From: Seison nebaliae
Taxonomy: Eukaryota
Length of the DNA: 45,651 nt
Direction: 5' to 3'
Assembly: GCA_023231475.1 (NCBI GenBank)
Contig: JALJEE010002328.1
Coordinates: 124,001 to 169,651 of the forward strand
The notes under the pieces were generated by a model. It was not told the DNA's origin. It searched no databases and saw only the letters and a program-made list of their open reading frames with translations. Both the position numbers and the translations under genes were made by a program. Shown in pieces: positions 25,752-38,469 of this stretch (position 1 is its first letter; each line of letters begins with the position of its first letter).

Positions 25752-26780
25752 TCAAACTCCTTATCTAACTATCATTGTAATTATTCATTAAAAGTAAATA
25801 TAAGTCTATCATTACCGCAATCAATCATAATCATCACCATCATCATCATCAATTCCAGAAATAAATCTGTTGAATATGATTAATAATCGACAATCGATTA
25901 AATAATAAACTAAAATTAACTGAAATTAATGAAACATTGAAAAATGATTGATGGAGTAATAGCAACATCAACAACATTTTGATAATAACAAATATGATTT
26001 AGAGTAAACTTAATAAATTTTAATCAATCAAAATTTTTCTCTAATTTTCATAAATAATACGCGGATATTTACATATTTGTACGTACTAACTCCATTTCGC
26101 TCTAATTAATTTATGAGGAGAGATTACATAGAAACAAAAGTGAAATTTCTCTCCAAAGAACAATGGAATAGAAAAAAGAAACGAATTGTTTCGATTGGAG
26201 AAAACACATTATAAAGAATTTAGACATATTTCTTTTTTGTCCTACCGATATTGTCGTAGTCATCAATATCCTCGATTTATATTCATCTTCACCTGTTCTT
26301 GTTAATTATTATTTTTTATTATATTTCTTTCTGATTCGTTTGAAAGAATTTATTTACATACTCAACCCAAAAAAATACTTGAATAACACACACATCATAC
26401 ACACAAACACAATACAACACTTTCCGGTTCTTTGAAAAAAATTAAATTTTGATTCACTTATATTAATTTTTGTGATAATTCTTTATCAGCTTCTTTTACC
26501 CTTATTATTATCAATAAAATTTCTTCTTTTTATATGCAAATGTTGTTGGAAGTGAGTGACGGTATAGTAATGGTATATGTTGAGAGGAAGTCAAATTGGA
26601 GAAATGAAGATAGACGAGTAAACTCCAAATCGTATTCATTCAATGAGCGGCGTGATCGTCATAAGTTGTAATAGTCAATATCATGCTTCTTTTTTTTTTG
26701 ATTTGTAAATTTGTGTGAATAAATTCGAGTTTCTTTGAGAAATACTCAAATCTCATCTCTCACAAATTAAACGGGAAGCA

Positions 26781-28208
26781 TCAATCATACTCATCATCTA
26801 AAAGAATGAAGTAATGCAAGATATTGTATATTGAAAGAATAATCGATGTGAATAGAAAGGATATAAAATAGGAAACCGTTTAGGATTTCACCTTCTTCCC
26901 GATTCTTCATTGATTGTCTATTATCCTCCATATTGACTTTCCTATCAGGATTAACTCGTATCATTAACCATGACAAATTTGGTGGTCCTTCAATCCATTG
27001 TTGACCCATACGACATGCTAATTCTTTAATAGATAATGAATTTCCAATCAATCTCTCTCAACACGAACCTATTAACGTCTCACGATCATTGTACACGTCT
27101 CTCTCTTCATCAGATGAATTGGCCATAATACATTTGAAATAATTATCGAATGATTTCTTCATGAATCAATAATATAATGAATGAATTCGATGACGTAATG
27201 AGGAAGAGAAATCGGTTAAGATAAAGTGAATTGTAAAAGAAAAACCGGAATTTCTATCTGAGTGTAAATTGAGGCAATTGTCAAACATAATGCAGCAATA
27301 AAATGAGACGTGTATTCGACACACATTTTCGTGAAACGTAGACAATTTCTAATGAATATATTGCAAACAGAACATAGTTCTCTCAATTCATCACTAGCTA
27401 ACAATTTCGAACGATGATGGAAATGTTTGAAAATAATTTTTCGAACCTGTCGAATTTTTCGAATCTAATTGATCTAGTATGAAATCGTAAGGTAACGGTG
27501 CAACGATATCGGCATCTAATAATAATCATCAAATAGAGGAAGAAGAAAAAGAGTTCAAACTAAAATACATTATGATACTCTTCTCATAAAGTAGAATGAG
27601 ATCCATTCGTTCTTTCTTCGAACACTCACGAGGATTCTTCAAATTTTTCGGAGAAATATATTTGTCACTATATTTCTTTTAAAAATAAATTAGAATTTTC
27701 CCCAATGAAATTTAAAGAACTTTTAATGCATCAATTTCCATTTGTAATATTGTTTCCAATTTGATCGGTTCATCAATAAATTTGGCGGTAACGAAAACAA
27801 TCGACGTGGCAAATGTCTAAAAATCAGAAAAAGAAAAGATTTACTTCTATTAGCATAAGAATTTCGAGTAACTTGATAATCGTAGATATTAAACGGATTC
27901 TCCATGTAAAATCGATGCATCAAAATAATGGCCGTATCTGTAATAAGGATTCTTTTCATAATACTATTAGAATGACTGTTAAAGTATTAAAAGAAAGTGA
28001 AATGAAGAAGAAACTCTTTTTGAACCGCAGTCAATAGAACGATGAAGGCAGAGCATTGTTGTCTGTAGGATAATTCTTCTTTTACACTCATATTGCACTC
28101 CTTCACTGAACATGGCCATGTCTCAACAATTTCTTTTCGCCACATGACTTCATGTCGATCCGTTGGATTCGTCGAAGCTATTTCAATGTTCATGTTCGTT
28201 TTTGTCAT
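26781..28208 (-). CDS. CycT: Cyclin T-like protein (P-TEFb cyclin family), about 9 exons
   Basis: KEELSYRQQCSAFI, DTAIILMHRFYM, IVFVTAKFIDEP, PLPYDFI, CVEYTSHFIAALCL. Eight GTT...AG introns give one continuous frame ending REEGEILNDDEYD*. Confidence 0.8.
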
Positions 28209-29170
28209 GATATTTTGGAAAATTAATCCTAATTATTATTGGACGCCACAAATGGGATGATGAGAGAGCAAATCATTTAAATTAATTGTCTCACTCTTGC
28301 GTTTCAACAAGTTCCCTATCAAATCTTATTGAAAAATAGAAACAATAGAGAAATAGCACTTGAGGGAAACAGGGAAAAAATTAGAAAAATGAAAGGAAGA
28401 CACGGACGAAATGTTGGTCAGTCCTATAATATTCGTATGAAGAAGGGAACGCAGAGAGAGAAAGATGAAGAAAACTTAATAGGAAATGTTACAATGGATG
28501 ACATATGCAAGAATTATTACCAAGATTATAATTTGATAGAATTATACACGGATTATGATAGAAAACAAAAGAATACTCTACTGTGTTAATAAGCTTAAAA
28601 TTTGAATATTCAACTTTGAAAGATGTGTTTTTACTGTCAATTTAATAATTATCATAAAGTTTTTTATGGAAACACTTTTAATTTATCGATGTCCAAGGAC
28701 GAATTTTAAATTAATATACACATCCAATGATACCACCTTTTACTGTCAACTTTATACTTATAACAGAAATTTAAAATAATTCAAAACATTTTCGTTTTAA
28801 AACATTCTTCCTCTCCTTTACTTTGCACAATTCTTAATTTCCTATTAAAAAAGTACATGTTCCAATTGGAGTTATGATACAAATGTAAAATTGGAACATA
28901 ATTAATATTTAACATAACATCATAACTATAACTAGGCAACTTGGTTTCTTTTTTACTTTGGATTTATCGATAATTATTATAATATATGGTAATTACGAAA
29001 AGTGGAATTATAAGGATTAACTATATTGGAAATTAAATATTTTAAATTGATTTTTATTGAATTTCAAAATGTTTCAACCGATAAAATAAAACAATAATAT
29101 TTTGTAAGCATTTAGAAAATAGTTGAGACGCAAATTAATGTGTAAGTACGAAAGGGAAATTAGTTTTTTA

Positions 29171-32100
29171 TTAAATTAATTCTTTCTTTGGTGAGAAGTC
29201 GAATAATTTCTTCCATATTCGATCCAATATGAATGCTAATGAGACGTCTGCCAGAAGAGTCAAATATAATTTATATCGGAATGTTACCGGCATTTCTATC
29301 ATATCTAGATAACCCACTCCGTTTTCTGCCCCAAATTGCATAAGCGGACTTGACACAATCGTAATGTAACCGACACACGCCAAAACTGCCATTAGAAATG
29401 GAGTATTTTCTTTCATACTCAACATAAATGGACGTCCCTTTAAAAAATGAGAGAAGTTGAAAATAAATGTTTAATAAAAGAGAAACTCTGTAATTGACAA
29501 TGAATGTGCTAAGTTCCAATGCAATTGAGATGATATAAAGTGTGGAGTTTAGGAGATTGGGTTTGAATTCTTCATCAATTATCTGATTTTCATCGATTGT
29601 TCTTGGTTCGTACTCGTTACATAATTGAACGAGATATAATAAAGACGAGAGATGAACAGCAAATTGAAGGAAGATTGATCCGATCATATAAATGTTAAAT
29701 ATATTATTCAATGGTCGTTTACGACTTATAGTATTTAAGGGTTTCGATTGGGTGATTGTCAAATAACAGAAAGTTAACATCACTCCTTGGACAGTCGCTT
29801 GCGTTTCCCCAAATTTTACTCCGGCTAAATAGAGAACACTTCTGGAATAAGCGGTGATGAGTGCGTTCAAAGCTAGAATGTGAAACATTTGTAATGTGGA
29901 AACGAGAGTGGCACGTCCATGTTTGAGAACTTCGCAAACACTTTTGATTGAAGAGTTCTTAGATGTAATGGGTGCTGCAATTGATGCATCACCTAATTTT
30001 ACAATTCGATCTTCCTCCATCATATTTTTCATTTGATTAATATGTTCATTTCTCTCCTCTTCAGTTGCCAATCTTCGCAATTCTTCCAAGTGTTGAGCAA
30101 TGGTCAATTGATTTCTTTCTGCTCTCTTGCTAACTGCAGCAGCCGCTTTCTCTGTAATCAATGCAATTCCCACATGTGCATGTTTCAATGCACCAACATC
30201 ATTCGTACCATCACCACACATCAGTGTAAATAAACCGTATTCATTTAAATGAGAAATAATAAATTGTTTCTGTTTGGGAGATGTTCTCGCAAATACTCGG
30301 ATAATTGGGAGAAATTCTTTCAATCGACCATTTTCCTGTATCATTTGTAAACCTTCACCAGTTACGCACAAATCATAAGATTTAGTCACCAAATCCTTTC
30401 CCCCATGTTCGTTAAATGGAAAATATTTTACTTCAGATTCATTAATCGATTTCCAATTCCATTCAGTATCGTTACGATCCAAAACTAGGAAATGTTTGTT
30501 CACTAAATTAAATCGATTAACAAAATTTAATTGACGTGCTATAAATGCAGCTGTCAATGGATTATCACCCGTGATCATCATAACGTCGTGAGATGCATGA
30601 ATGATTTCTTTGATTGCAGATGCTGTGTCGCTTTTCAAGTTAGTGGCTACTACAAGAAATCCAGCAAACTCCAAATCATACTCTAATTCATCTCTCGTGA
30701 TTTTTCCCGCTTGAATATCATTATCGACATTTGGTAATTGCTTGTAGGCAAGTGCTAGAATTCGAGCACCGTTACACATCAATTGTTGATAAGTTTCATC
30801 ATAATTTTCCGGTACAATTTTAAACATTGATCGAATAATTTCTGGTGCGCCTTTTACACTTCCAATATAATTTTCATTATTAACGGAAACGGTTGACATT
30901 CGTTTAAGAGCCGAAGTGAAATGATGACGATGAATAATTTTCCAATTGCCGTCGTGATGTTCTCGGCTTTCACCCGTCACTAATGAATTTTCGTCAATCG
31001 AAATTGAAAGATCATTTAGATGTTGTTTCGCCGTATTTCGATTATGCACAAGAAAACTTTGTCGAGTTATATAATATCCAAGAGATGATAAAATACCTTT
31101 TTCCAATGGATCTCCAACAATATCGTTATTTCCATTTTCGGTAATAGCCATCAATGAATGACAAGTAAGTAATACGCGAAATGTCTTTAAGTCGATGGAA
31201 TTAATAGGTCGAATAATATCATTAATATTTCTAATATCATTCAAATTATCTTTTGGATATGCAATTCCCTTAATAATCGGTTTTTCTGAAGTTAACGTAC
31301 CCGTTTTATCAAAACAACATATATCAATCTTACCAGCAAACGGTATTCGAAATGGTTCCGTACAAAATATATTATTCTTCTGCAATTGACTAATTGACGA
31401 GTTAACGGCAACCGATAATTCGACAGGTAATTCCGGTGGAACTACACTGGTCAAAACGAGAATACATTCGACAAATAACTTATATTTGTTTCTTTCTGGA
31501 TTTTTAGTTCCTTCAATCCAAATGTACGAGGATGCCATGATGGCGAATATGAGAAGGAACAATATGAATAGAAACACTTCTTTATTATTTGCTGAGATAC
31601 GTTGAACACCATAAAGTATGGTTTTCATTAAACGTCCTTGTGACGTCTCGTAACCGGTACGAACAACATAACATAAACAACCGTTATCTGGTGTACGAAT
31701 ATTCCATGAAATATTGGGCTGTTTACGTACTGAAGGATAATTGGCTAATATTCTCGTACCTGCATATAATATATGTAATTTGCCCATTGATTCCATAATA
31801 AACGATTCATTTAAATCCTTTTCATCGAGAGACATGATCGGTTCCTTCGTCACAGGACAGCTTTCACCTGTCAACATACTCTCGTCGATTATGCAGTTGC
31901 CTCTTAACAATAACATATCACACGGAATTTGTTTCATTTCATCATTCTCTCTTAATTGTCGATTATTATTGATTTCTTTTGACAATTGGCTATTATTCTT
32001 ATCTTTTGTTGATTGGTTATCATTCATTCTTCGACGACCTAACGAACAGATATCACCCGGTAACAATTCATCTGACATAATAATTAACCATTTCCTATTT

Positions 32101-32858
32101 CGATAAACATTCACCATATATGGTTTATTGCCCATGTTTCGGATCGTTTGCAAATTGGTCAATTGTTGTTTGACTAATAATAATTCGAAAATAATTAACA
32201 TGATTAATGTGAAGAGAGCATAATGCCAATATTCATCGAGACACCATAAGAGAACACAAAACGATTGAAATACAAAAAATGGCATCGTGGCACGTTCAAC
32301 AAACAAATCGAGAAATGTTGGAATATCCAAAATTAATTTATTTAATCCATATTTATTCATCGAATCTCCTATCTTCTCATCATCCAATCCACGACTTTCA
32401 ACATAATCCATCAATCTTAAATCGATTGGATATCGAATAGAACAAAATTTCTCTTCACCATCAAAAACATATTTGACTTTTTGAAAATGAAAATAAATAT
32501 CTTTCTTCTCTTTAATCAAATGAACGATTTCTGATGTTCCATTATGTTTCGTCGGTTTAACGAACATCAAGTTCGCATCTTCCAATTCCTTCACTGACGT
32601 GCATGTCATAAATGCACGTAATTTCATCATCCATACAGCAAACAACGACATAAGGATTTGAAGTGATGCCAAACATCCGATGACTATCAATCCAAATTCT
32701 TTGTAAGATTCGAGACCGAAATAACTCAACCAAATGAAGATCCAAGTGGGATAGATGAGAAAGAACGGCAGAATATTCCAGTGCAAATACCACGGTAATA
32801 ATTTTAGTAAATAAATCCGGTCAATCGTCCCATATTCATCATCACAAGATATTCCCAT
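29171..32858 (-). CDS. ATP13A1: P5A-type ATPase (ER transmembrane helix translocase), 2 exons
   Basis: LTGES, VVPPELP, CFDKTGTLT, KGAPE, MITGDN, MCGDGTNDVGALK. Intron 29438-29486 restores VNYR|GRPFMLSMKEN. Confidence 0.97.
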
Positions 32859-33469
32859 ATTTCAATTATAACTGGACAGAAAACCAAAAAATTTAATTCT
32901 GAAATATTCACTGTTATATTTCAGTTGCTTATTTTAATTTTTCACACAAAGCTATTTTAAAAATTAAAAAATTATCTTACATAAATATAATTTCAAATTA
33001 CCATATTTTATTTGAATTATTAAGCCAAAAATATATTTAACATATAATTCGATTTATGAAAATATATACATACAATATCAACAATGTGAGACGACACGTA
33101 TATATTATAATATTTCAATTAGTCTTTATTTTAATAACAGAATAGTTTTTCACCGGTTTCACATATTCTCGTTCATCACGTAGTCTTCTCTAAACGACGA
33201 TTATGAATTCATACTCATTAAATCTTTCCGATGATATTATATTCTATTGGATTTATTGCAAAATGGGTGACAATTGGAATGAATAAGCTATTGAAAAATT
33301 TGATAAGTGATGGGTTGTAGCGAAATATGCTAAATGAGAAACATCGAATTCGTTGTTGTCCAAATTAGTCCTCCCATCACGATAATGTGCCTTGGTACAG
33401 ATGCAAAAAATTCCGTATGTGTTTTAGAATCAAATCCATCACGTGGCGACCATATTTTCTGAACCTTAA

Positions 33470-33975
33470 TTTTTTATTATTATTTTTTTTTTATTTATTA
33501 TAAAATCAAATCCCCTAGGGATAAATTAAAAAGAAAATGAGATAGATCACTCTACATGTTATCAGTGATAAGTTTTTTTCCAATGACGATTTCATCTCTT
33601 AAATATTCTGGAATATGAGAAGTGATATCGAAGTTAGAAGAAATGTAAAGAGCGTCATCGAAAGATTCAGGAATATCAATCGAATAGTAATAGCAAAAAA
33701 AGACAACCGGATTGAAAAAATTTTTAGCCTATTAAATGGCTTACAACAATCGAGAAGCATTATATAATTACTCTATTATATGTGCGATCGAGAGATAGCA
33801 AGGACTTTTTAGTGTTGGACAAGGAAACGGCTAGTCCATAAAAATCGCAACAGTAAGTGAAGAACAAGTTGATCTTCAATGGAATCGAAAAATATTTGCA
33901 ACGATGATGAAACGAATAAAAAGATCTAAGAAACTTACATCTAATTTCATCGGTCGTCGCTGAACTCTTCTTCTT
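33470..33975 (-). mobile_element. 5'-truncated non-LTR retrotransposon, copy 1 (post-RT C-terminus, 3' hairpin and A/TAA tail)
   Basis: KKKSSATTDEIRCKF...LDRTYNRVI matches copy 4; NPVVFFCYYYS...SNFDITSHIPE matches copy 5; ends atccctaggggatttg followed by a tail. Confidence 0.75.
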
Positions 33976-34007
33976 ATTATATAAATTAATAAATAAAGTA
34001 ATATTAA

Positions 34008-34285
34008 AGTTATTATTATTATTATTCATCAAAATTCCCGTCGGAATAAATTAGAAAAAATATTAAAAAACTTTCGGTCATCACCAATGTTGATCAAGTG
34101 GTGCAAGTCGATCAGAGTTTCTTGATTAATCGGAGAAGACGTGATCGGATCGTAAAAAAAATGAAGTCCTTAAAATCGGGTAGGAGAATATCTGGTGGTA
34201 AGTCGTAGTATCGAATAGTATGAAGAAAGTTGAATGAAGGTGGAAAGCATTAGTATAAGTAGTAAAAGAAGTGAGAGAATTCGAA
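34008..34285 (-). mobile_element. 5'-truncated non-LTR retrotransposon, copy 2 (3' end), tandem with copy 1
   Basis: LINIGDDRKFFNIFSNLFRREF*, terminal attccgacgggaattt followed by (TAA)n. Confidence 0.65.
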
Positions 34286-35017
34286 ACTGAACAATCAGTT
34301 GAAAATGAAATTTATTTCCCCAAATTATAAATTACTTTTTAGTCAGAAATGAACCACATTAAATGATTAAGCAAATACATTTTGCACTGTTTATGCCGAT
34401 ATCATCTCATGAGTATTCGCGATATTCATGTGCTCATATGTTCTGGTTAGAATCTATCGTTGATCAAATATTAAAACCTGATCATCCGTGATTGGACCTC
34501 ATAACTTCTTCTCGATAAATGACTTAATACCTAATACCTAATAACAGCCGACTAAGTTGATCAACAGCTGGTTAGAACATCCATCTTGGGTAATCGGACC
34601 TTCGGCATGAGAAAGTTGAACTTGTGGCGGGTAACATATACGATAATTGGTTCAGTTTCCCAGCTTCTGAATCGAAGGAATCTTCGCTACGATTTGAAAG
34701 GACACCAACGGAACAGAAAACAGATGAAGAAAAGTTAGAAATTTAAAATAATAGAAATATTATTAAATTAATATTTTTCTATAGATCCATCAATTTACTC
34801 ACCATGAAATAACTGGTGTAATAGATACTGTATATTATTTTTAAATAAAAAATTTAAAAAGAATTGAAATATTTATTTGTTATTTCAAGTAGTGAGTATA
34901 TTTTTTAAAAAATATATGAAGCCAACACAATAATTCTTTTTATTCCAAGAATTTATGTTTGAATTATAATATTAATTTATATATAATATTAAATGTCGCT
35001 TAATATCATCGTCAAAA

Positions 35018-35671
35018 TCATTGGTATATGGTGATCATAACGGCAGATAGCGAACATTTACGATACCAAAATCCATAAGATCCAGTTTCTGGACAATTAA
35101 TTCCATTATTTCTATCTTTCGTCAGAAATCTATCGCTCTTAGAATAAGATGGTGTATTTGTAATAATAGCATAACCATTCTCTTCCGTATCAATAATTAG
35201 ATCGAGATAAGTAACTTGATTAGCATCGCTGAAAGTTAATTTACGTATATTATTTTCCTGAACGAATTTACGAAGAAATTCATTTCCCAAATAATAATTG
35301 CGATTGTCAACAAAAAAACCACATTTAAAATCTTGCCATGTCCGACCAAAAAAAGTATCTTTACTCCAAAATTGTCCAAAAGAGAAAGTTCCTGACATAT
35401 CCACGACTGATCTGTCCCAATCCTCACATTCTCCAGTGAGAATAATTTTTTCCAAAGATTTGACCGGACAGTTCCCTGAACATTTCTCACCATTTTCATC
35501 CAAACCATCGCATTCCGAATCCGATGCACATCTTGAAATTTGTCCCATATTGTTACGTAAAGAGATCTTTCCGTTGTTACTTATCTTATTAAAATAGACA
35601 CTTCGACTATTTTCACAATTCGATAGAACTATCATGATACTCATTCCAAATAATATAAAGTTGTTCCACAT
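35018..35671 (-). CDS. Secreted, divergent fibrinogen-related domain (FReD) protein
   Basis: Signal peptide MWNNFILFGMSIMIVLSNC; FFGRTWQDFKCGF, YYLGNEFL, FLTKDRNN, NC...GFWYRKC resemble fibrinogen_C motifs. Confidence 0.75.
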   Translation of the reverse strand: MWNNFILFGMSIMIVLSNCENSRSVYFNKISNNGKISLRNNMGQISRCASDSECDGLDENGEKCSGNCPVKSLEKIILTGECEDWDRSVVDMSGTFSFGQFWSKDTFFGRTWQDFKCGFFVDNRNYYLGNEFLRKFVQENNIRKLTFSDANQVTYLDLIIDTEENGYAIITNTPSYSKSDRFLTKDRNNGINCPETGSYGFWYRKCSLSAVMITIYQ

Positions 35672-36144
35672 TCTCCAAAATCAAATTCAGAAATAATAAA
35701 ATATTGAGAATGATAAATTGAAAAGGTTACTAATGTAAGTCTCCTACATAAAATCGATAAGCATATATATATATATAAATTCTGTTTCAGATCATTTTGT
35801 TATTAAAACTATAGATATTTAAAGAGATTGTCGCTATTGGACATGAGTGGTATGATTAAAGGGACCGTAACGAAACGAAAAAAAAAGAAGCAAAATCCTT
35901 TTAGAAAAATTAAAACTTCTTTAATAATGAAGAAACCGTGAATAATATACGGATTCGCTAACAACGAGAAAATAGAAGTAATTCTGATTTTCTATTTGTT
36001 CAATTGTTCGGGTCGATCGATCATTTTTGGGGAAACGCCATTTGGTAGATCGACCATTTGGTGGACTGCGTATACAAAATACAGTTATGTATATATTTCC
36101 GATTTTTTCTTTTTTTTAGATTAAAATTACACCAAATTTTTGGA

Positions 36145-36263
36145 TTATTATTATTTATTAATGAAATGAAATTCCCGTCGGGATAAAGAAGAAAATAAAG
36201 TAAAAAAATTTCGATCTTCGCCAATATTGATCAGTCTGCGTAATTCAGCGATCAGTCTGCGTA
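36145..36263 (-). mobile_element. Very short 3'-end copy of the non-LTR element, copy 3
   Basis: RRLINIGEDRNFFTLFSSLSRREF matches copy 2; atcccgacgggaattt followed by (TAA)n; 14-bp duplication gatcagtctgcgta at its 5' junction. Confidence 0.65.
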
Positions 36264-36329
36264 TATTATCATTAAAAATTATAAATTTTAATTAATATTA
36301 TATTTAAAATTAATTAAGTATAATAGAAT

Positions 36330-37395
36330 TGTTTTATTATTATTTGTTAATTAAAATTCCCGTCGGGATATGATATATAATTATAAAAATTACTCTGTGT
36401 CAATAAAAAGGCGTAGTTGATCGAGGGAATCGCGGTAGAGTTGAGGTGGAATCGTTATGTTGAGATGAAATTTTAAAAATCTTTTAGAGAAATGTTTCGA
36501 GATAACCCGTAGTATCTGACAGTGTATGTGAAAACGGAATGGGTGTGAAAAGGATGGATATCGGAAGGATGACTAGAGAGTGAGGCGGAATTGTTAAATT
36601 TATCACAGAGTGACGATATAGAAGAATTGGAAATGGTAGGATATTCACAGTAGCGAAAAGAAGTGAGCGATTACATCTATGAAAAGAGCAGATCATTTTC
36701 GTAATGAGCCGATTATAAGCTCGGTCCAAGGACAGAAAAAACCGATGAGAACATAGAAAGATGGTCTCTAAAAAATACACTGGTAACACTAGGCTCCTGA
36801 ATAATAAAAGACGGATCTTTAACGGGACGAATTTGGTTTTAGAAGAGAAGGAGAAAAAAGCCCTGCAAAATTTGTTTCGGATACGATCGAGAGAGGATGA
36901 CGAAAAAGAGTGCATATCAATTAGCGAACCTAAGAAGATAGTGGAAGAAGCGAGAGGAATGTTAGAGAAAGAACGATTACCGGTCGAGAGCAACCAGCAT
37001 TTCGATTCGTTTACAGCAATCCCTCTTTCCGCAAGAAGACGAGATATCCGTAGATATCGAAGCAGAAAGTATGAAACAACTTCATTTTTAGAGAAATTGG
37101 AAAGTATTTACACCGATGATTTATAGAACTTGCATCTAATATGATCGACAGTTGCAGAACTCTTTTTCTTACAGTCTAAATAACAACCAAGAAATTTCTC
37201 TCGCATTCAGTTTAATATTCGTCAACAATTTGGATTTCGAATTATTACACTTTATACCACATCTCACAAGTGCTTCCTGAATTACCCGTAACATAACATG
37301 TAAAGTTTCCTTACTATTACTACATAACACCATATCATCCGCATATGCATAGAGAGCCGAATTATAATGAGAATTTCTCAATTTTTCTTCAACTT
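36330..37395 (-). mobile_element. Chimeric non-LTR retrotransposon, copy 4 (two diverged RT 3' halves fused near 37045)
   Basis: YAYADDMVL...GIKCNNSKS...KKKSSATVDHIRCKF, then a restart at ERGIAVNESKC...FLGSLID...LDRAYNRLI; ends atcccgacgggaattt followed by a tail. Confidence 0.8.
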
Positions 37396-37902
37396 TGTTG
37401 AAATAATCTACCATTTTTTGAGGTAGAAAATCGAACAAATATTTGCACGTGAACTTTATGCGCTCTCAAAGACTTTGGCTAGAATAATTTAAATTTAAAT
37501 AAAGTTAGTTTATTGTCGCAATGTTAAAAGAATTGCCGATATAATTCAATTGAGCCTCTTCTCATTGCCTTGACGACTTTATTCTTAATTTTTCGTTTCT
37601 TATGATTCTTTTAGTAAAATTTTAAATTAAACACTTTCATGGAAGTCAATATCGTTCTCTTATCATCATGTAGTATGATGATTAATTAGAATAGTTCATG
37701 AATTCTTTACAAACATCGATATTGATATAGTTTCCGATTCAATTTATTGAATATAATTATAATATATTTTAGTTAAAATCGGGAGAATAACTTCTCTGTA
37801 ATTTGGCTACTCAACTACACTTCTCTTGTTAGTCGATAAGGTCTTTCGATTTTCGAAATTTGAACATCATAAGTTCTATTATAAGAATTCGATTAGGGAA
37901 AA

Positions 37903-38354
37903 ATGAATAAAATTTTTCTCATCATTTCCCTTCTATTTATTACCATCTCGTCTGTTTACTCAATCAAATGTTATCTATGTGCACCAGGAAGTGTAGATTG
38001 TGATTTGGAGGGTGAACATTTTAGAAGAAGTCTAACAAATTACGCATCAGAATGCAAAGGAAGTTGTGGAGTTGGTCATTCTTATTTCAGTTGAAACATT
38101 CTTATTCTTTAATATAGAAACGATGGATATATAATTTGAAAACGAATAAGAAAAGAATTATGAGATCGTGTGATGCTCCTACCTGTCCCAATATTACCAA
38201 TTCTCGATTGAACATCGGATTGTTCGTTCTAGAAACTCATTGTTGTCGAGATAAGGATTTTTGTAATCGTTCTTCCATAACAAAAAAATCTATTCTTCTC
38301 AATATCTCAGCATTTCTTCTAGCAATCATTTTCCACATATCAACAACATTATAA
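37903..38354 (+). CDS. Ly6/uPAR (three-finger, quiver-like) GPI-anchored protein, 2 exons
   Basis: Signal peptide, IKCYLC, C...C, IMRSC, CCRDKDFCN, hydrophobic C-terminus; intron 38071-38117. Confidence 0.85.
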
Positions 38355-38469
38355 TCTCATTAAAAATATCAAAAATGTGAAAATTTATTTTCAATAAAAT
38401 TTTCAATAAAAACAATTTGGATAAATTTCCAGAAATGATGATGATTATTTTTATAAATTTCATAGTTTT

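Noticed and set aside
28329..28589. 86-aa plus-strand ORF divergent from cyclin T
   Set aside because: Short, purine-rich and without a recognisable motif; cannot be supported as a gene.
34330..34810. GC-richer segment with an ATG|gtgagt donor-like site on the minus strand
   Set aside because: Only short ORFs in every frame and no recognisable homology; possibly a decayed element.
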